Assembly (NCBI GenBank): GCA_037379345.1
Contig: CM074521.1
Coordinates: forward strand, 24,266,704 to 24,330,703
Direction: 5' to 3'
Length of the DNA: 64,000 nucleotides
Source of the DNA: Perna viridis
Lineage: Eukaryota
Made by a program: the position numbers and the translations under genes. The notes beneath the pieces were generated by a model. That model saw nothing but the letters and a program-made list of their open reading frames with translations. It had not been told where the DNA came from and did no database searches. Below are positions 1 through 14,069 of the stretch, one piece after another (the first letter of the stretch is position 1; every line of letters starts with the position of its first letter).

Positions 1-3000
1 CTAATTATTTTGTTCTCCAGTGCATGTATTTTACTTTTGTTAAAACTGTATCAAATATGATTAAAAGAGTTGCTGGAACCACTTCGTCATCGTTTTATTA
101 CTAATAGCAAAAAATGTTGCTTTTTTATATATTTTAACCTTTTGAAAAAAGTAAGACATGCTTTCACAACGAATCATCGAGCCTATTCTATGCGAAATAG
201 AAACAGCAATATACGAGTTCAATGGGTATATCAGAATGTCGAAGACAAAAATAAAATTCCGGTGGGAGGGGGGCAAACCTTTCTCACGTTTTTCCTTATA
301 TTACGTATAGTCGGTAAACCAATCAAAAATAGACCAGCAGCATCAATCATTCTTTGATAACCTTAGCAGCGGTGTACTGGGTAACACACAGAGAGAAAAA
401 GCGCCTTCTTTTCTACATTTCATTAGTATTTACATGGACTATAGATTATATGTGTTTTATGTAGTACGTGTAGTTAAAACGCTAATACAGAAGAGCTATT
501 GACAGCCGTTCTATAGCTAAGCTGGTAAATACATATTTACATGAAAAAGAATACTCGTCCTTCTAAAAGTGCCTGCCAGTTTTGCTCAAGTTGCTGCCAA
601 GTATAGGAAAAATGAAAGTAAAATATTTTATTTTTTTTGTTTTTTTTAATAATTTCTGAATCCATCTAGATAATTATCATATCTGTAGAATTTCAAGATA
701 ATCGTATATTTACAGTACCAACGGAAAAATCTACACGAGAGTCAAAATAATTCAGCGAAGTACGAAAAAGAACGCACCTCTCAATAGTGATAAATGCATT
801 TTCGCGGCGCGGCTATTGACATCCAACAATGATTTCTAACCATCGCATTTCAGCGTGATCATAAACCCGCTTCGTGTTCTACCATCGTCCTTCCACGACA
901 CCATCGTACCCCCGCGTCCCGTGTTTCATATATATACCCATTCAGCTGCTAAAATATAAAATTATCTTACTAGTTTTTCGTTCTCGTCTTCTATTTCCTG
1001 TCTAGCAGCAATACAGTTCCGGGTGTCTATGAAAGTTTTTCGTTGAGATCGTTGAGTCACATTATGGATGAAGACTCCAGTCACATTTACACACAAAAAT
1101 AGAATCGCATTCGCACCAAGCTGAAACAGAAAGATCATTAATATATGTAACAGTTAAAATTTGTAAAATTAAACATTAAAATATACCCATCCCCGTCAAT
1201 TTGAAGAAAAGACATTCGATTGCCATATTCTTGTCGGTTACAGAGACAAATATTCCTAGGAATCGAGCTTCACATCAACTGCACATGAAATTGACGTGAA
1301 TTTCATATGAGAAGTTCAGATAACATTCACCTGATGGTTCGATTCACACGAGTTCCATATAAACTCTGTCACAAATTTTATTTACTCAATTCAAGTGAAA
1401 ATCGTGCAAAATCTGTGCAAAAAAACGTTTGATTTGCTAGTGAATCAGAAAAACAAAATTATAGCATGTTACATTTTTTTCATTAAAACACTTGTTTGGA
1501 GTAAAATGCTAGGAGTAATCATGCATTCAGTGTGAAGAAAAAAAATCCCCTATATACCCAAAACCTGTTTATTATTGTAGAACCAGGAAGAGAAAACAAA
1601 TGATTTATATATGTTGGCCTTATAGCTGAAAAATGTGTTAGTTATTTTTTTATAAGCAAGACTTGTTTTCTATGGCCATGCAGTCATATGGGTTATCTGC
1701 AATGAAGTGGTGTATGACAAATCATTACGTGCCACGTCCATACAGAACAAGCAAGTGACATGAGTGAGATAAAGACGTTTGAAGGACTGGTTTGCTAAGT
1801 TATCACTGGTTTTTGGTCCATTAGGATACTCTTATCGGATGATTTTTTGTTTTGTTAAAAAAAAAGCACAATTCGTCCAAATTTTCATAAGCCCTTTACT
1901 GAGACTCCTCTTTTCTTTTCACTTGCCTTCGACAATGTGCAATTTCACAAAACAGATCAGCATTTTGGCATACACCATGGAAGATACAGACAAAACGACT
2001 GTTCCAGAGATAGACCTATCATAGCAAAACTTAAGCAAAAACTGTGCTAATTGTTTTGATGCAGTTAATTACAGATAATCAAGAACATCTGAACTTGAAA
2101 GGTTTCTTAACTGCAGAATGACGTAAACCGTGATTCCTCAAACGTTCTCCTTAACATGTTTGGTGCTGTTAGATATACAAGAGGGTAATTATACATGTAC
2201 ATGTACTAAGTATCGGTGTTGTATCTTCTACATGTAAACTAGGTGGGAGAAATTGTTACAGTATAATGCATGAACCCAAATGATTAAGTACGTTGGGTAC
2301 TTCTTATCAAACTCAGCAAAGAGATGAAATCCCAACATGCAGACTTTGTATATGTATCTCTTTTGGTCGTTTTGTCCAAAGAAATACAAATGTACACATT
2401 ATAATTCCAAATAAAATTCGGATACAAACCTTTCCTCGGGAACTTTAAGAGGGTTGCGAATTTACACATATACAATGTGTGTACGTAGGCGTACTAGGAC
2501 ATAAAAAGTTCATGATAGGACCAGTTTTGTACGAGATTGAAAGAGATCTTGCACCCCATTTTAAGCACTTGTTAAACCTCATGTTTTAGATAAGTAATAA
2601 GTAACTAACATAGCAGTGTGCCTTCTGCTTTATACTATAACCAAACAGTTTTGATTATAATTGATGTTGTGAGTAGGAAATTGATTATCTACAGGCTATG
2701 GGGTCATGACAACAGTAACACACTCATTTTGTTCGAACCACGGAGTTCATTCGGGTACATGGAAACATAAAATAATTTAGACGAACCTGAACAGAAGTTG
2801 TTTTTTTCCTTGTCATTAACTCATTTAAGTCAAATAACAATGTTTAGTTTTTGTTCTGTTTTAAACACGAGTCGATTTAATATCTTAATGAAAAGGTACC
2901 TTTTTGCTTTGTAAGCAACAAATATCTTGCCTACCTATTCAATATTCCAATGTTGTAGGTAATGACAAAACAACACAAACTTTTAAGGCGGCTTTATGCA

Positions 3001-3169
3001 ACTTCGGTCGTCTTCTAAAAAGAGGTATACAAACTTGCATCAAATAAATTCAAAGTCAAACTTGTATTATTTAAATTTAAAGTAGTGAGCCAAGACACAC
3101 TGTGCTAACTCTTCAACAAAGATGGAAACATCTGGGTTGTCTGTCAGTGTGTCCGTTCGCTTGTCCGAA

Positions 3170-3978
3170 CTACTTCTAAATGCCGATTGTATATGTTTGA
3201 TAAAGCCATCAACCCAATTTTACTTTATAGCTGTGAAATTTGGGGGTTTTGAAAATTTAGATATTATAGAAAGAGTTCATCTCTTTCCATTGTAAACATA
3301 TACTTCGTTTGAAACAGTCAACACCCAGTTTTATGGTTTATGGGGAATTAGGAAGATTTCCTATTTCAATTATTTTTAAAATTAAGGATGATAAAATATT
3401 GGATTCGACTTAATTTTGCAAGAGAAAACAAGATTTCCTCCATATTGTATAAACTTTTGTTTGTCTTTTATAACAACCATGGGTACGAGAACAAATGACT
3501 AACATTTATGTAAAATATATTTGATAGCTGAGGCATGTCAAACGTATGGCGCAACCCAGAATTCTTTTCCAAAGAAAGGATCGTATTATCAGTTGAACAA
3601 CGATCAAAAGACCACTTAAGACAACAATGATCAACCGACATGAATAAATCATCAAAAGGTTTAAACTATAGACTTTTTAAGAATAATTAGAACATTATCT
3701 ACTTTACCATTTAGTTTAGTATGTACATTGTGTAAGTTTATATGTGGAAATCATCGACTGCCGGTGGAGGTGGGGAGTTGGCATAACATTCCAAGAGCGG
3801 ATAGATTGTGTCACCTCTGCGACTCCCCCGACATCGGCGATGAGTTCCATTACATACTATCATGTAATTATTTTCGAAATGAAAGGAAGAAATATCTTTC
3901 CTGCCGTTCTAGCTGAACTAGAAAAAATTGCGTAGATTTATAAAATATATATCTACTGTCATAAATCCTCCTGGTTAG
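3170..3978 (+). mobile_element. Decayed 3' end of a non-LTR retrotransposon ORF2 (RTE-X-like), antisense in the adenylyl cyclase intron
   Basis: Broken frames read LKQSTPSFMVYGELGRFPI and GNHRLPVEVGSWHNIPRADRLCHLCDSPDIGDEFHYILSC, a C-terminal CCHC finger typical of LINE ORF2 ends. The last frame ends KYISTVINPPG*. The clade is assigned from recall. Confidence 0.75.
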
Positions 3979-4289
3979 GTAACTCTATTTATGTACATGT
4001 ATTTCCACACATGCATTCATATCTGTATTTTGTATACATGTTATTATCTCTGTAACTATGTCATACTTTATGAGAATGAAATCATAGTCATGGACTATTT
4101 TAACTGTAATTTGGTCAGTTGGAGTAATCGTCGGAAATCTGACAACTTCATAGCACTAATGTGTTGACCAGAATATGAGTCAAATTATCCACGTAAAACC
4201 ACCCAACTTTATGGTAGCAACATCTATACTGCAAGAGCGTTGAAGAGTTCATTGGGGCAACTCTTTAGCTGTACCTGTGTATAATGTTT

Positions 4290-5215
4290 AAGAGGCCAGC
4301 TGCAGCCTGCCCTGTGGTAAAAGGGTTTCCTCGTCGTTCATCATTGAAGACCAATGGGTGGCCTAGTCCGAATTTCCTCTGACCCTGCAACCCTCCTCTG
4401 TTCTATTTGGATATTGATATGTCGGGTTGGGGTCAGAACGATACGTCTTACAAAAAGTTATTTTTAGAGATATAGCGGTACCGCGAAGTACCGCCCTTCA
4501 ACCGCTAGTAACGACTTTCAAGTTGAAATTGTGCATGTCACACCTACCTACTACGATTCCGGAATCATTTTCCTGTATATTGATACCAAAAACTTTGCTA
4601 CAAAAAATAATTTTTTTATTGAAGTTTCGATCATTTTCCACGAGAGACCCGGAATCTAACAGAATATTTCAAAATTCCGCAGAAAAATTACGTGTCCGCT
4701 AACCTTCCGTTCCAAAAGTAACAAGCTCCGCCTACTCTCTATTATTACGGTTCGAAATGTCAACAAAACAGGGTCTCTTGTGGATTATATTCGAAACATA
4801 AAAAAATGTATTTTTTGTAGCAAATTTGGTATCAATATACAGGAAAATGATTCCGGAACCGAAATAGGTAGATGTGACATGCACAATTTCAACTTGAAAG
4901 TCGTTACAAGCATTTGAAGGGCGGTACTTCGCGGTACCGCTAGATCTCCAACTTTTTGTATGACACGTCGTTCTGACCCCAACCCGACATATCAATATCC
5001 AAATAAAAAAGAGGAGGGTTGCAGGGTCAGAGGAAATTCGGACTACCTTTTTGTATGGCACATCGTTCTGATCCCAACCCGACATATCAATATCCAAATA
5101 AAAAGGGGAGGGTTGCAGGGTCAGAGGAAATTCGAACTATGGGTGGCCTTGGGTTGACATTGTCATCCCGGTGGGGTTGTCGTCTCTTTGATAACACACC
5201 ATACCTATTTTTGTT
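4290..5215 (+). repeat. Older SINE-like dispersed repeat (4290-4363 plus 5140-5215) split by the foldback insertion
   Basis: The halves join across the TSD (GAAGACCAATGGGTGGCC|TTGGGTTG...GGGGTTGTCGTCTCTTTG). The 3' part recurs inverted at about 30305-30345 (AAGAATAGATATGGTGTATATGATAAAGAGACAACAACCCC). Confidence 0.5.
4364..5139. mobile_element. Non-autonomous foldback DNA transposon (AcademH-like) with long TIRs and a 9-bp TSD
   Basis: Termini TAGTCCGAATTTCCTCTGACCCTGCAACC ... GGTTGCAGGGTCAGAGGAAATTCGAACTA. Imperfect inverted arms of about 280 bp (4364-4650 vs 4770-5045). Direct repeat TGGGTGGCC at 4355-4363 and 5140-5148. Confidence 0.85.
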
Positions 5216-7420
5216 ATATTAGCAAAACAAAAAACATGTATATTCCATAAATACCGATCATTGTTCTTGTTTATTCATATACTGTCAACTGCAATTTGGA
5301 AATTTATATCATTTTTTTTCAAAGCTAAACTCTATAGCATACATCGGTATAACGAAGCTATCGATGTAAGTATGGTTTAGATAATAAAAGTTAAATAAAC
5401 TTATAGCGTTGGTTTTATTAATACGATCAACCTGTCGGCAACTTGTGAATGAACAATAAAATGAACACAATGGCCGTTACCATTTTGTATTTGTATTTAA
5501 AGTATAGAACAATTTAAGATGCAGGCAAACAATGCTTTGTTAATCAGCAATTGAAAACACACAAATGAGTACAGATAAATAAAATGAAGACTCAATTAAA
5601 TGTACAGGTAGAATTTCAGTTGCTTTCTGTTAGATACGTTCGTATGAATGGTCATTTCTATATTCTTAACTCGAACTTAAAAAATTGCATTTTATTCCAT
5701 TGTATACTAGTACTATACACGACAGCCTAACTCTTGAAAGGACTTAATACTGGACGTCAAAATTTGAGGAGACATATTTCACCCCAGGGTCACTAACATA
5801 GAAAGAATGTAAACATAGGGAGATAAACGAAGTTTCGTCGACACAAGTCTTACAGCGTAATGCACAGTTTATACAATAAGTAAGACAAAAGATATACTTA
5901 ATTTACCATGGAAACTTCTGAAGCGTGATGAAATGGCGTGTTTTGATAAATAAATGGGGTTCATTATGTCACTGTGGTTAAACCGAACCATAGTAGTATC
6001 ACAGTGACCACCCGAACAGGATCTACATGTAACTACAGCTCTTGGTCATTACAATGTCGTTAATGGGTTGGAAATGTGGTGCACTCGCCTCCCCAAGTGA
6101 CACATAAGACATGCTATGTTTTTACTTTTTAGATTCCTGGCCAATGAGCCGTTTGGCAATGTAATTTGTCAAGTGTAATAGTACAATTTCTTGTTTTGTT
6201 CTGAGCTTTATGCAATAGAATGAATAGCAGGAAATAACAAAACTTACATTCGGGGTTTTAGCTAGTTGAAGTTAATTTACATTTTCTGAAGGACGGATTC
6301 TTTGTATTGAACATAATTAGGCTTGCTGTGATTGTCGAACGAACGTCCCTCATTAGGAAAAAACGACCTGAATAGTCGACAGAACGCAATCAAACATGAC
6401 CTGTAAATCCATATTATCAAAGCCGCACATTCTACAATCAGGATTATCACTATGATAGAGATGCTTAATCATTTCTTTGTTATCTACGAATATCTTAATA
6501 AGCAGATAGATAAATCAAAGGGTCTGTCATTAATATGATAATTACATTCGTCTTATCGTAGATGAAAGTCAAAGTAACCCCCGAGCAATAACATAGCACA
6601 CTAATTCTTTGATGACTGACCCAAGAATTAAGATTCGTCTTTGGGTTAAATAACAGTTTTTTTTCAGCTCGTGAAGTCCCATAAATCTAACAGGACGACA
6701 CTAACTACTAACAGTACAATATATAAAGTGTTACTACTTTATTGTTCAGGTTAATTGACTTTAAAACACCCTAGGGAGCATCTAGTATCTGTCTGGTATG
6801 TTTAACGATGTGTAGTAAGGCCGTAATAATCAGACGATGCTTTGGTGCACACGAACCCCTTTCTAACAAAACAAGCTTATTTATTCTTGCGAATGCATGT
6901 TGTTATGAACTAATCATTTATTATAAGTTTGTGGTTTTGTTGGTAAAATGTCAAAGCACCCCTCGATCGCAGGGGATCATGCCCTAAACCCAATGTTGCC
7001 CTTTCACGGTCCCAGGCCCCTCGCCGTTTATTATTTACCACCATGTTTTTCAATTTCTGGCTACGACCCTGCGTATTCTTAAATTTGCATTTCATGGTAC
7101 AGTAACGATAATGTCAAAATATGATGTTATCTGTTATAGGAAGTGTAGACTGAGAAAATAACCAATTAACAGGACATAATCATCCCCCAACCCCCCAACC
7201 CCCAATTTTCTCAGACAGAAAATAAATAAAAAGCTGTTTAAAAACTACACTTGAAAATGTGTCAAGAGTGCAAGAATTAATGAAGTGAATGTACCTATCT
7301 GACTCATCAAAGAGAGCAATTATTCATAACAAGGAACTAATTTTCTTATTTGTTTACTTTTCCCATTTCGAGCCTCATTAACTCCACGTGCAAGTATGCA
7401 AAGGTATGAAAAATACGTAC

Positions 7421-8026
7421 CTGTCGCCATAGAAACGCAGATTCGTTGTCTACGATAACTGCCGAAACAACAAGATGACACACTGGCAAAATAACTCCGA
7501 GGACAGCTGCAATGTACGTTCTTAAAGGCATTAAAGAATAAATCATGAAAACGACGAACATCACTTCCCATACGCCGTCTGCTGCAGTATATTTTGGCGG
7601 GATTCTTTCCGGGTAGTCCGGACCCAGATCAAAAGGGAATGAGAGAACTGCAAAACACACTAAAAACGTTAACAGTATGTAACATATCACAACAAAATTT
7701 GTTTCTTTAGTGAATCGGGTTTGTAGTAGGATATATATTGCTATAAATATTCCACATTGTATTCCTAAATAAATTCCACTAATTGTCAAATTCTTTATGT
7801 ACACGAATTTCAGTACACACAAACATGCAGTCAAAATTATAAATACACCAAGCATATATCCAACTGCTGACTGTTGCAATTTGTAAACATAGCTTTTATA
7901 CAACCTTTCCAACTCCACGCTTTCAAATTGTTGTTTTCCAAGAAGTCTTTGTATTTTTCTTCTTTTCTTTTTTAACATAGGAGTTGTTTCAGCCCTGCTA
8001 GGTTCTCCAAGCTCTACGGAAGGCAT
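7421..8026 (-). CDS. First large coding exon of a transmembrane adenylyl cyclase, rutabaga/ADCY1 (Ca2+/calmodulin-responsive) type: N-terminus plus most of the first TM cassette. The gene continues past the left edge of the window.
   Basis: Motifs FESVELERLYKSYVYKLQQ, LLQTRFTKE..ICY, AADGVWEVMFVVFMIYSLMPL and GVILPVCHL match the recalled rutabaga N-terminus (FENDELECLYQRY..KLQ; AEGVWQIVFVVFLAYAMMPL). There are several hydrophobic helices. A phase-0 donor CAG|GTACGT at 7421/7420 follows LWRQ, so ORF 7346..7420 is intron read-through. Confidence 0.9.
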
Positions 8027-11000
8027 TTTTTTTCCAATTTCTACTCCAGGCTAAAATAAATTACCAGTCGTATCAAGACACATAACTGATAACAAACGAG
8101 TTAATTTCTCCTTCGAGACAAAATCATCACTTTTTCACTATTATTATGATTTGTCATGCATCTCCTCCATAACATCCATTCTGACACAATCCAAACAATT
8201 CTGAACTAAATGCTTAATTTTAACACTTTTTTCGAAATTATCCATTATACACAATTGTACATGAACCAACTTAACAATTTACTCTAAAATAACCCAACTT
8301 CGCGTGTGTACACACAATTTCTCATTTTTCCTTTGTATTTAAAAATCACCTTAGTTCCCCTTTAACCTCTTGTTTTTCGTTTATGAATGAACGGTAAATC
8401 GTTAAAAAATCGCATAAAAGAGACTCCATGGTGTTTAACTCTTATGCATCTGTGAAGCGAACTTTCATCTATTGGTCGAATAAGAAGTAAGTCAATTAAA
8501 TCTTCTACCATGCTTGATATACCATCTGTTTTGCAGCTAATCTATTTTTAGCCACACGCGATCTTGATTTTGATAAATAGCAACCTTCTTTCAGTATATG
8601 ATATGTTCCAGGTGATGTATACACCACACTTTCATTAACTCAATTTTCTTCATTGTCTGAATGAAACCTGACGCTCTGTTTTTAATCTTCTTTTAAGTTC
8701 CATGCAGTCATTTTAGACAGTCGTTTTTAAAACAATCTGTCTGGCTTTCACAAATGTTCAATAACTTTATTTGTTTTGTTTTCCCCTTTTTTCTTCTGTC
8801 GTCTATTATTTAACCATCAATCAAGTTTTAAATCCATTGAAAGGTTGGCAATCCAATTTTTGGCTTAATACTGATTGCTCTCACGTTGACCATCACAGTC
8901 ATTTTCAAATTGCATCCAATACATTCGTAATTTGTCTGCGTTGTTGATGAATTGTAATAAACTGAGAATTTCATATTCACCCCGCTCGCACATCTATTTC
9001 AGTCTTTGACATGGTAAGATCACAAATGCAATTTATTAAACATAAAACACTCCATAATGTTAGTTTTAGCTAAAACCCCGAGGTTAAATCCGACACTCCG
9101 ACTAAGTCCATTGCGTAACACACAATCCCCTATTATTTCTGGTCCGCTTCGCAAAGCTCCCATTGTACAATCTCAGGTAGAAGTGGCTATTGATAGTGTC
9201 GCTGTCCTGTTCTGCACAGTGGGGACATTAAATATAACAATATTTCATTAACTTCTATAAATATTCAATAATTAACTATTATCGCCTTGCTATAGAGGAA
9301 AGGATACATTTATACCCCAGCTGAAGATCAAATTACAAATTACTGTAATTTATCGGTTTTTATTAGTGGCTCCATAACTCGTCGGAGACTCTTACAAAAC
9401 AAGAATTTCTTTGGTATCGGAGGGGAATTCAAATATTTGGCCTGGTGGACTGATAGTGAGCGAGAGATAACAAGATGGCGGATAGGGTTATTATGGACTT
9501 AACTGATAACTTGAACCATAACAATGCAGATTGACTTAGATATAAAAAAAAAAAAAAAAGAACAGACTGAATGATATGGAACAATGAAAAAAAAGGAAAT
9601 GATTTAAAATACAACTGAATGAATATAATGAAAAATACACTAAAACATCAAAAATCAAGATGTCAAAACACTCCCTGAATGTAAGATATAAGGTTTAAAC
9701 CGGGTGTTATTAAACGACACGTGCTAAACGATAACAAATAAACTGGAAAAAAAGAAGTAATTCACAGTCGTACAGACAAAATGGAAAACATTTGCCTCAC
9801 AAAGTAAATTGAAGATAGCATAATAGATAAAAAGACGATATTGATTAATACAAGAAAGATAAATAGCTAGCACTTCGAGATATGGAATTAACAGACTGAT
9901 TTGGATTACTGTTTTGTATGTCCCTTATCAAAATTAACGTTATCAAACTGTTTCCTGGGCAGATAAAAGGAAATAATGATTAAATTATAGCAGCTTGAAT
10001 GCCAGTTGAGATGTCAGTGTTTTTAAGATACTACCGGGTTTTCAGTAAGTGCATTTGGGATCAATGGCCAAATTGAAAAGAAGAGTGGAAAATAATTCAT
10101 TTTTTCCTCTAGTTTACCGATGTACATTGAATGAGTATAAAGGTGACAGATACTTTCTTGTAAGTAATACAGGTGGAGTATCTTGTGAATTCTTACTTTT
10201 ATAGACAGAAAAAAATGCATCACTGCTCAACCGCCATGCTTTTTTTCAAGTTTCAAGATACTTGTCATTTTAAAAGGGCTGCTTTAGAGTTTACATCACA
10301 TAATATGGGGTACGAAACTCGTCTTTCTGTGTTTTGACGATAAATATTGGCACTCTACAAAACTGTCTAAAACATGATTAGTCCCACTCTTCTGAAAGCA
10401 TTATTGATGCACTTAGGTAGAAATATGTTTACATTTCATTTCAACAAATTCCCTGATATGCCAATAGGACATTGTGATATCAGGACGATCACGGTTTACT
10501 TGATAAATACTAGATTGACCACACCCACAATAACTTTTACTTACTATGGAGTCTAGAGTTACTTCAATAAGCCCTTTCGTGCTGCATGTGGAATAGTCGA
10601 TGATTATGCTCATCAACGTACCACAAAAGGGTCCATAATGTCACACGGAGATTTCACTTCAAAATGTTCATGCTAATTCAACATATATACAATATGTGTT
10701 TTAAAATTCTAATTACTCGTATGTATTTAAGGGATGATGCATTTTCCATAAACACGCGAGATGAAATTTGGTCAATGATTCGCCCAGCGGCCTCATTCTA
10801 TGACTTCCTCTGATAAATTAAGCTAGACTACATATAAGTGTACAAACAAAGTAAATGATCCTATATATATAAGTTCAATCTGTTGATGCATGTATGAATG
10901 ACTACATTAATTAATGTTTTCTTCATTGATCAAATTTTATTCATATTACCAGAGAAAATACCTTTGATATCATTCTTGTTCGGTCGGAAAATTTCTAATA

Positions 11001-12014
11001 AATGTACTTTGTGATGTAGAGTAACTACACTCATTTCTCACAGTTTGTACATCATTAATTAAACTGGCTACTTCGTTCATACCTGGCTTGCGTCCAGACG
11101 TAATGGTCACTTTTAGTAGTCAAAACATCACCTTACATTAAATATGTATTCTGACGAAGCTGTACTCAATAAGTATCCATTCACGAAACAAAATTATTTT
11201 CGTCTTACTTTCAAGTGAGACCGTCTATATGTGCTTGACCTGTTTTCATATCAAAATATACAAAAATAAAAAATAAAAAATTATTTTCATCGAAATGGCT
11301 TCAACTGCGTTTCCATTCAGTTGCAGAAGACGAAGATGTTATTGAATGTCGATAAGTGTATTGTTAATATCATAACAAGCATGTATGCATATGACGATAC
11401 TGGGACAGATAATTTAGAAAAACACAGATCGTCGGGTAAAGAGCAGCGTTTTCAAAACAAGGACCGCACTCGGTAAAACCTCCTACAGAAATCAAACTGC
11501 TGCAAAAAATTCATCAAGTACTCACATCTGACGCGAAAACCAATAAAGGTTTAATGGGAAAGCCTGAAATAGTTGATTTGAAATATGACCTATAATATTT
11601 GCAATTTAAGCATGAATCGTTCATCAAAAACGTTCTCTTAGTATAACCTTTGGTATTTGTCATGAAATTGATTTTCAGTTATGAAATATCTGCAGATTTT
11701 TTTTAAAAAGTATAATAGTGTGTTTTCTGTTACATGCTAGTAAAATTCAGAGAGTACTATAATGGGTTTCCGCATTTAAAAGTTATCAAGTCCAAACTCA
11801 ATATTTAATCTTGCATATTTGCATTTAATGCATGAACAGTTCATCTAAGCCTCTTCTCTATGCTATTATCTGCATTTATTATCATTTAAATCGGAATATG
11901 TGCGGTCTACGGAAAATTTTACGATGAAACTCTCTTTCGCTCGGATGCTTGGACGTACACATTATCTTGTTTAAAAAATACTCGCTGAAAATTAAAATAG
12001 GTGATAGATTGCAT

Positions 12015-12525
12015 GAGTAATAAAGGGAACCAAGGTTATATAGGTAATCAAAAGAATGCAATCTAGGGACAAAGACGAGACGTGGAAAACAGACACGCAC
12101 AACAAAGAACATAAAGTACTTAAAATCATACATATATAACAACAAAAGCAAACGAGCCAATCAGACTCCACCACAAACTGGAAGCATGGACCAGGTGCAC
12201 CGGTAGGGTAAGCGTCCTCTGCTGTTCTAGAAACACCCGCCGAGTTGCTCATACAAAGTCAAGTCCAGGGTAGACGAAAGAGGAAAGGAAAACTATGACA
12301 CGTTGAACAAATCAGTTTTCATGGTGCAGATGGATACACCGTAATGATCCACGAGTTCGTGAGGACGACCATAAAACGTCTTTAGTGATGACTTCAATTT
12401 TGTAGCAACATAAACCTGTTCAAGAAGCCTATTTGTTAGAATTCTAGCGCGATACAAAGAGTCTGCGTAGTTTCGGCAAGCTCTGTAATAAAATATGAGT
12501 TGGGATATGAACACTCCATACTGCA
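12015..12525 (-). mobile_element. Penelope-like retroelement 3' fragment, copy 1 (RT thumb end plus 3' tail)
   Basis: YGVFISQLIFYYRACRNY...LTNRLLEQ.Y...LKSSLKTFYGR.HELVDHY matches the recalled PLE RT C-terminus. The same tail occurs at 25128 and 62365. Confidence 0.75.
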
Positions 12526-12920
12526 TTATCAATCTGACACAAATCTGCTTCAAAATCTGTCTTCAGTGGTGCTATCAAAAAGGCAAATAAATTACATGGA
12601 ATTTGCAGCCGGTTTTGATAAAGGTAGACTTGAAAGCATATACTTACAACGTCACAAATATATATTTGTCATGTAGAGTATATTTTCTTTCCTGTTACTT
12701 GCTGTGTTGTCTTGCTGCCTATGTACTATCATTAGTTTCTCCATCGGTTCTCTTAGTTGCAATACTAAAACATTAATTATTAATTCGGTTTTCGATGTTT
12801 GTTAGTTTTGTTTTATTTCGTCCTCATCTTTTTTCTTTTGTTTCTGTTACCATGTTTGTATTTATCGAGAAGGAGTCCAAAATGAAATTGCTTTGCGGCA
12901 ATAAGGCTTGACTATAGAAC

Positions 12921-13125
12921 TGTGGTCAAACATATATAATTTTCTGAAGTAACTGGTACAACTTATTTGTCAGTCACTTTGTCACTTTGGGTGATTCTAG
13001 GGCTCAATATCTGTATTATTTTCAGGAACTGTCAAATGTCATGTCTTGTCTGCTCAGTGTCTGGAGCTAGAAGACTGGTACCTTATTAGGGGGAAACCAG
13101 TGTCATCATCTGGGGACTGACCAAA
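12921..13125 (-). repeat. Putative 3' LTR (205 bp) of the Gypsy element
   Basis: Short inverted termini TGTGGTCA...TGACCAAA (one mismatch). On the minus strand it is preceded, 1 nt away, by the purine tract AGGTGGGGTGGA (13138-13127). Confidence 0.65.
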
Positions 13126-14069
13126 ATCCACCCCACCTATTTTGGCGGAAATTATATGTCTAAAAATCCTAATAACCTGATGCAACATAAACTAGAAATT
13201 AACACTCACAAGACATAACTTCGCACTGTGGGGTTACATACATGTATTTTAACATACATTTGTACATTTCTATGATACAATTCCCTCTCTTGGATGTACG
13301 ATCCCTCAGCACATACCATACCTTAGAGTGCTTAACAACATTTGCTAGCATTCCAAGAAACCTATGCACAACACCCCCTCCCTTTTACCTGAAATGCTCT
13401 GGGGTCGGACTATTGGGAGAAAGTGAGGGTCAACCAGAATGCAACCAACCGACAAAACAATGCAGTCTATTTACAATGGTTGGGGTATTTACAATTTCTT
13501 GGGGCACTAAATGAATGCATCAGTTTGACAAGTGGGGCAGATGTACTGCTCCCTGGACTTTGTGTCCAAGGACTGTGTGACTCATTTTAACCAGAATCGG
13601 ACCCATATTAAATAGGGATCCTTACATTTGCACCCTATTTGCCTACCTAATGGGACGTCGACTTTCTCAGGTACAATAGTACACCAGTGACTATTTTCGG
13701 TCTTTAACGAAAACTCCAAGGGTAATTTAACAAGTATGGTAAAACCCAATTTCAAAGCTTGGGAACTGTGATAGTAACTTTATCAGTATGCGGAAAATTA
13801 CATGACTGTATAAAGGGATTTGAAAATATTGTTGGCATCAAGTATGTGGAACTTGTTTTATCGTTTGCAACATAGTCTTAAATCTTTTTCCTTGAATTCT
13901 GGAACTGTTCTCACACAATACATTTCTTACAGCTACAGTTCCTCATTTTTGAAGTGTTTAAAGCCTGCTTGTGCATCTCAAGTGATGGGGTCCCAGTGTG
14001 GTCGTCTACTTTGGTGGGCTTTAGACTTTTTCCTTGGGTATCTCCCATCCCTGATTAGGTAAACCTAGC

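Noticed and set aside
4427-5222. Several mutually similar short ORFs on both strands (MGSER..., MDIDMSG...)
   Set aside because: They are by-products of the inverted and duplicated arms of the foldback element and show no protein motifs.
1-7420. Second exon of the adenylyl cyclase
   Set aside because: I found no minus-strand frame resembling the expected next TM/C1 segment (checked by eye, e.g. 1860-2020). It probably lies beyond the window.
9050-9330. TATA-like and C/EBP-like words as the cyclase promoter
   Set aside because: Single short motifs in AT-rich DNA cannot be distinguished from chance without TSS data.
11882-12252. ORFs that recur at 25049-25416, resembling a small gene family
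   Set aside because: They are translations of the non-coding 3' tail of the Penelope-like repeat.
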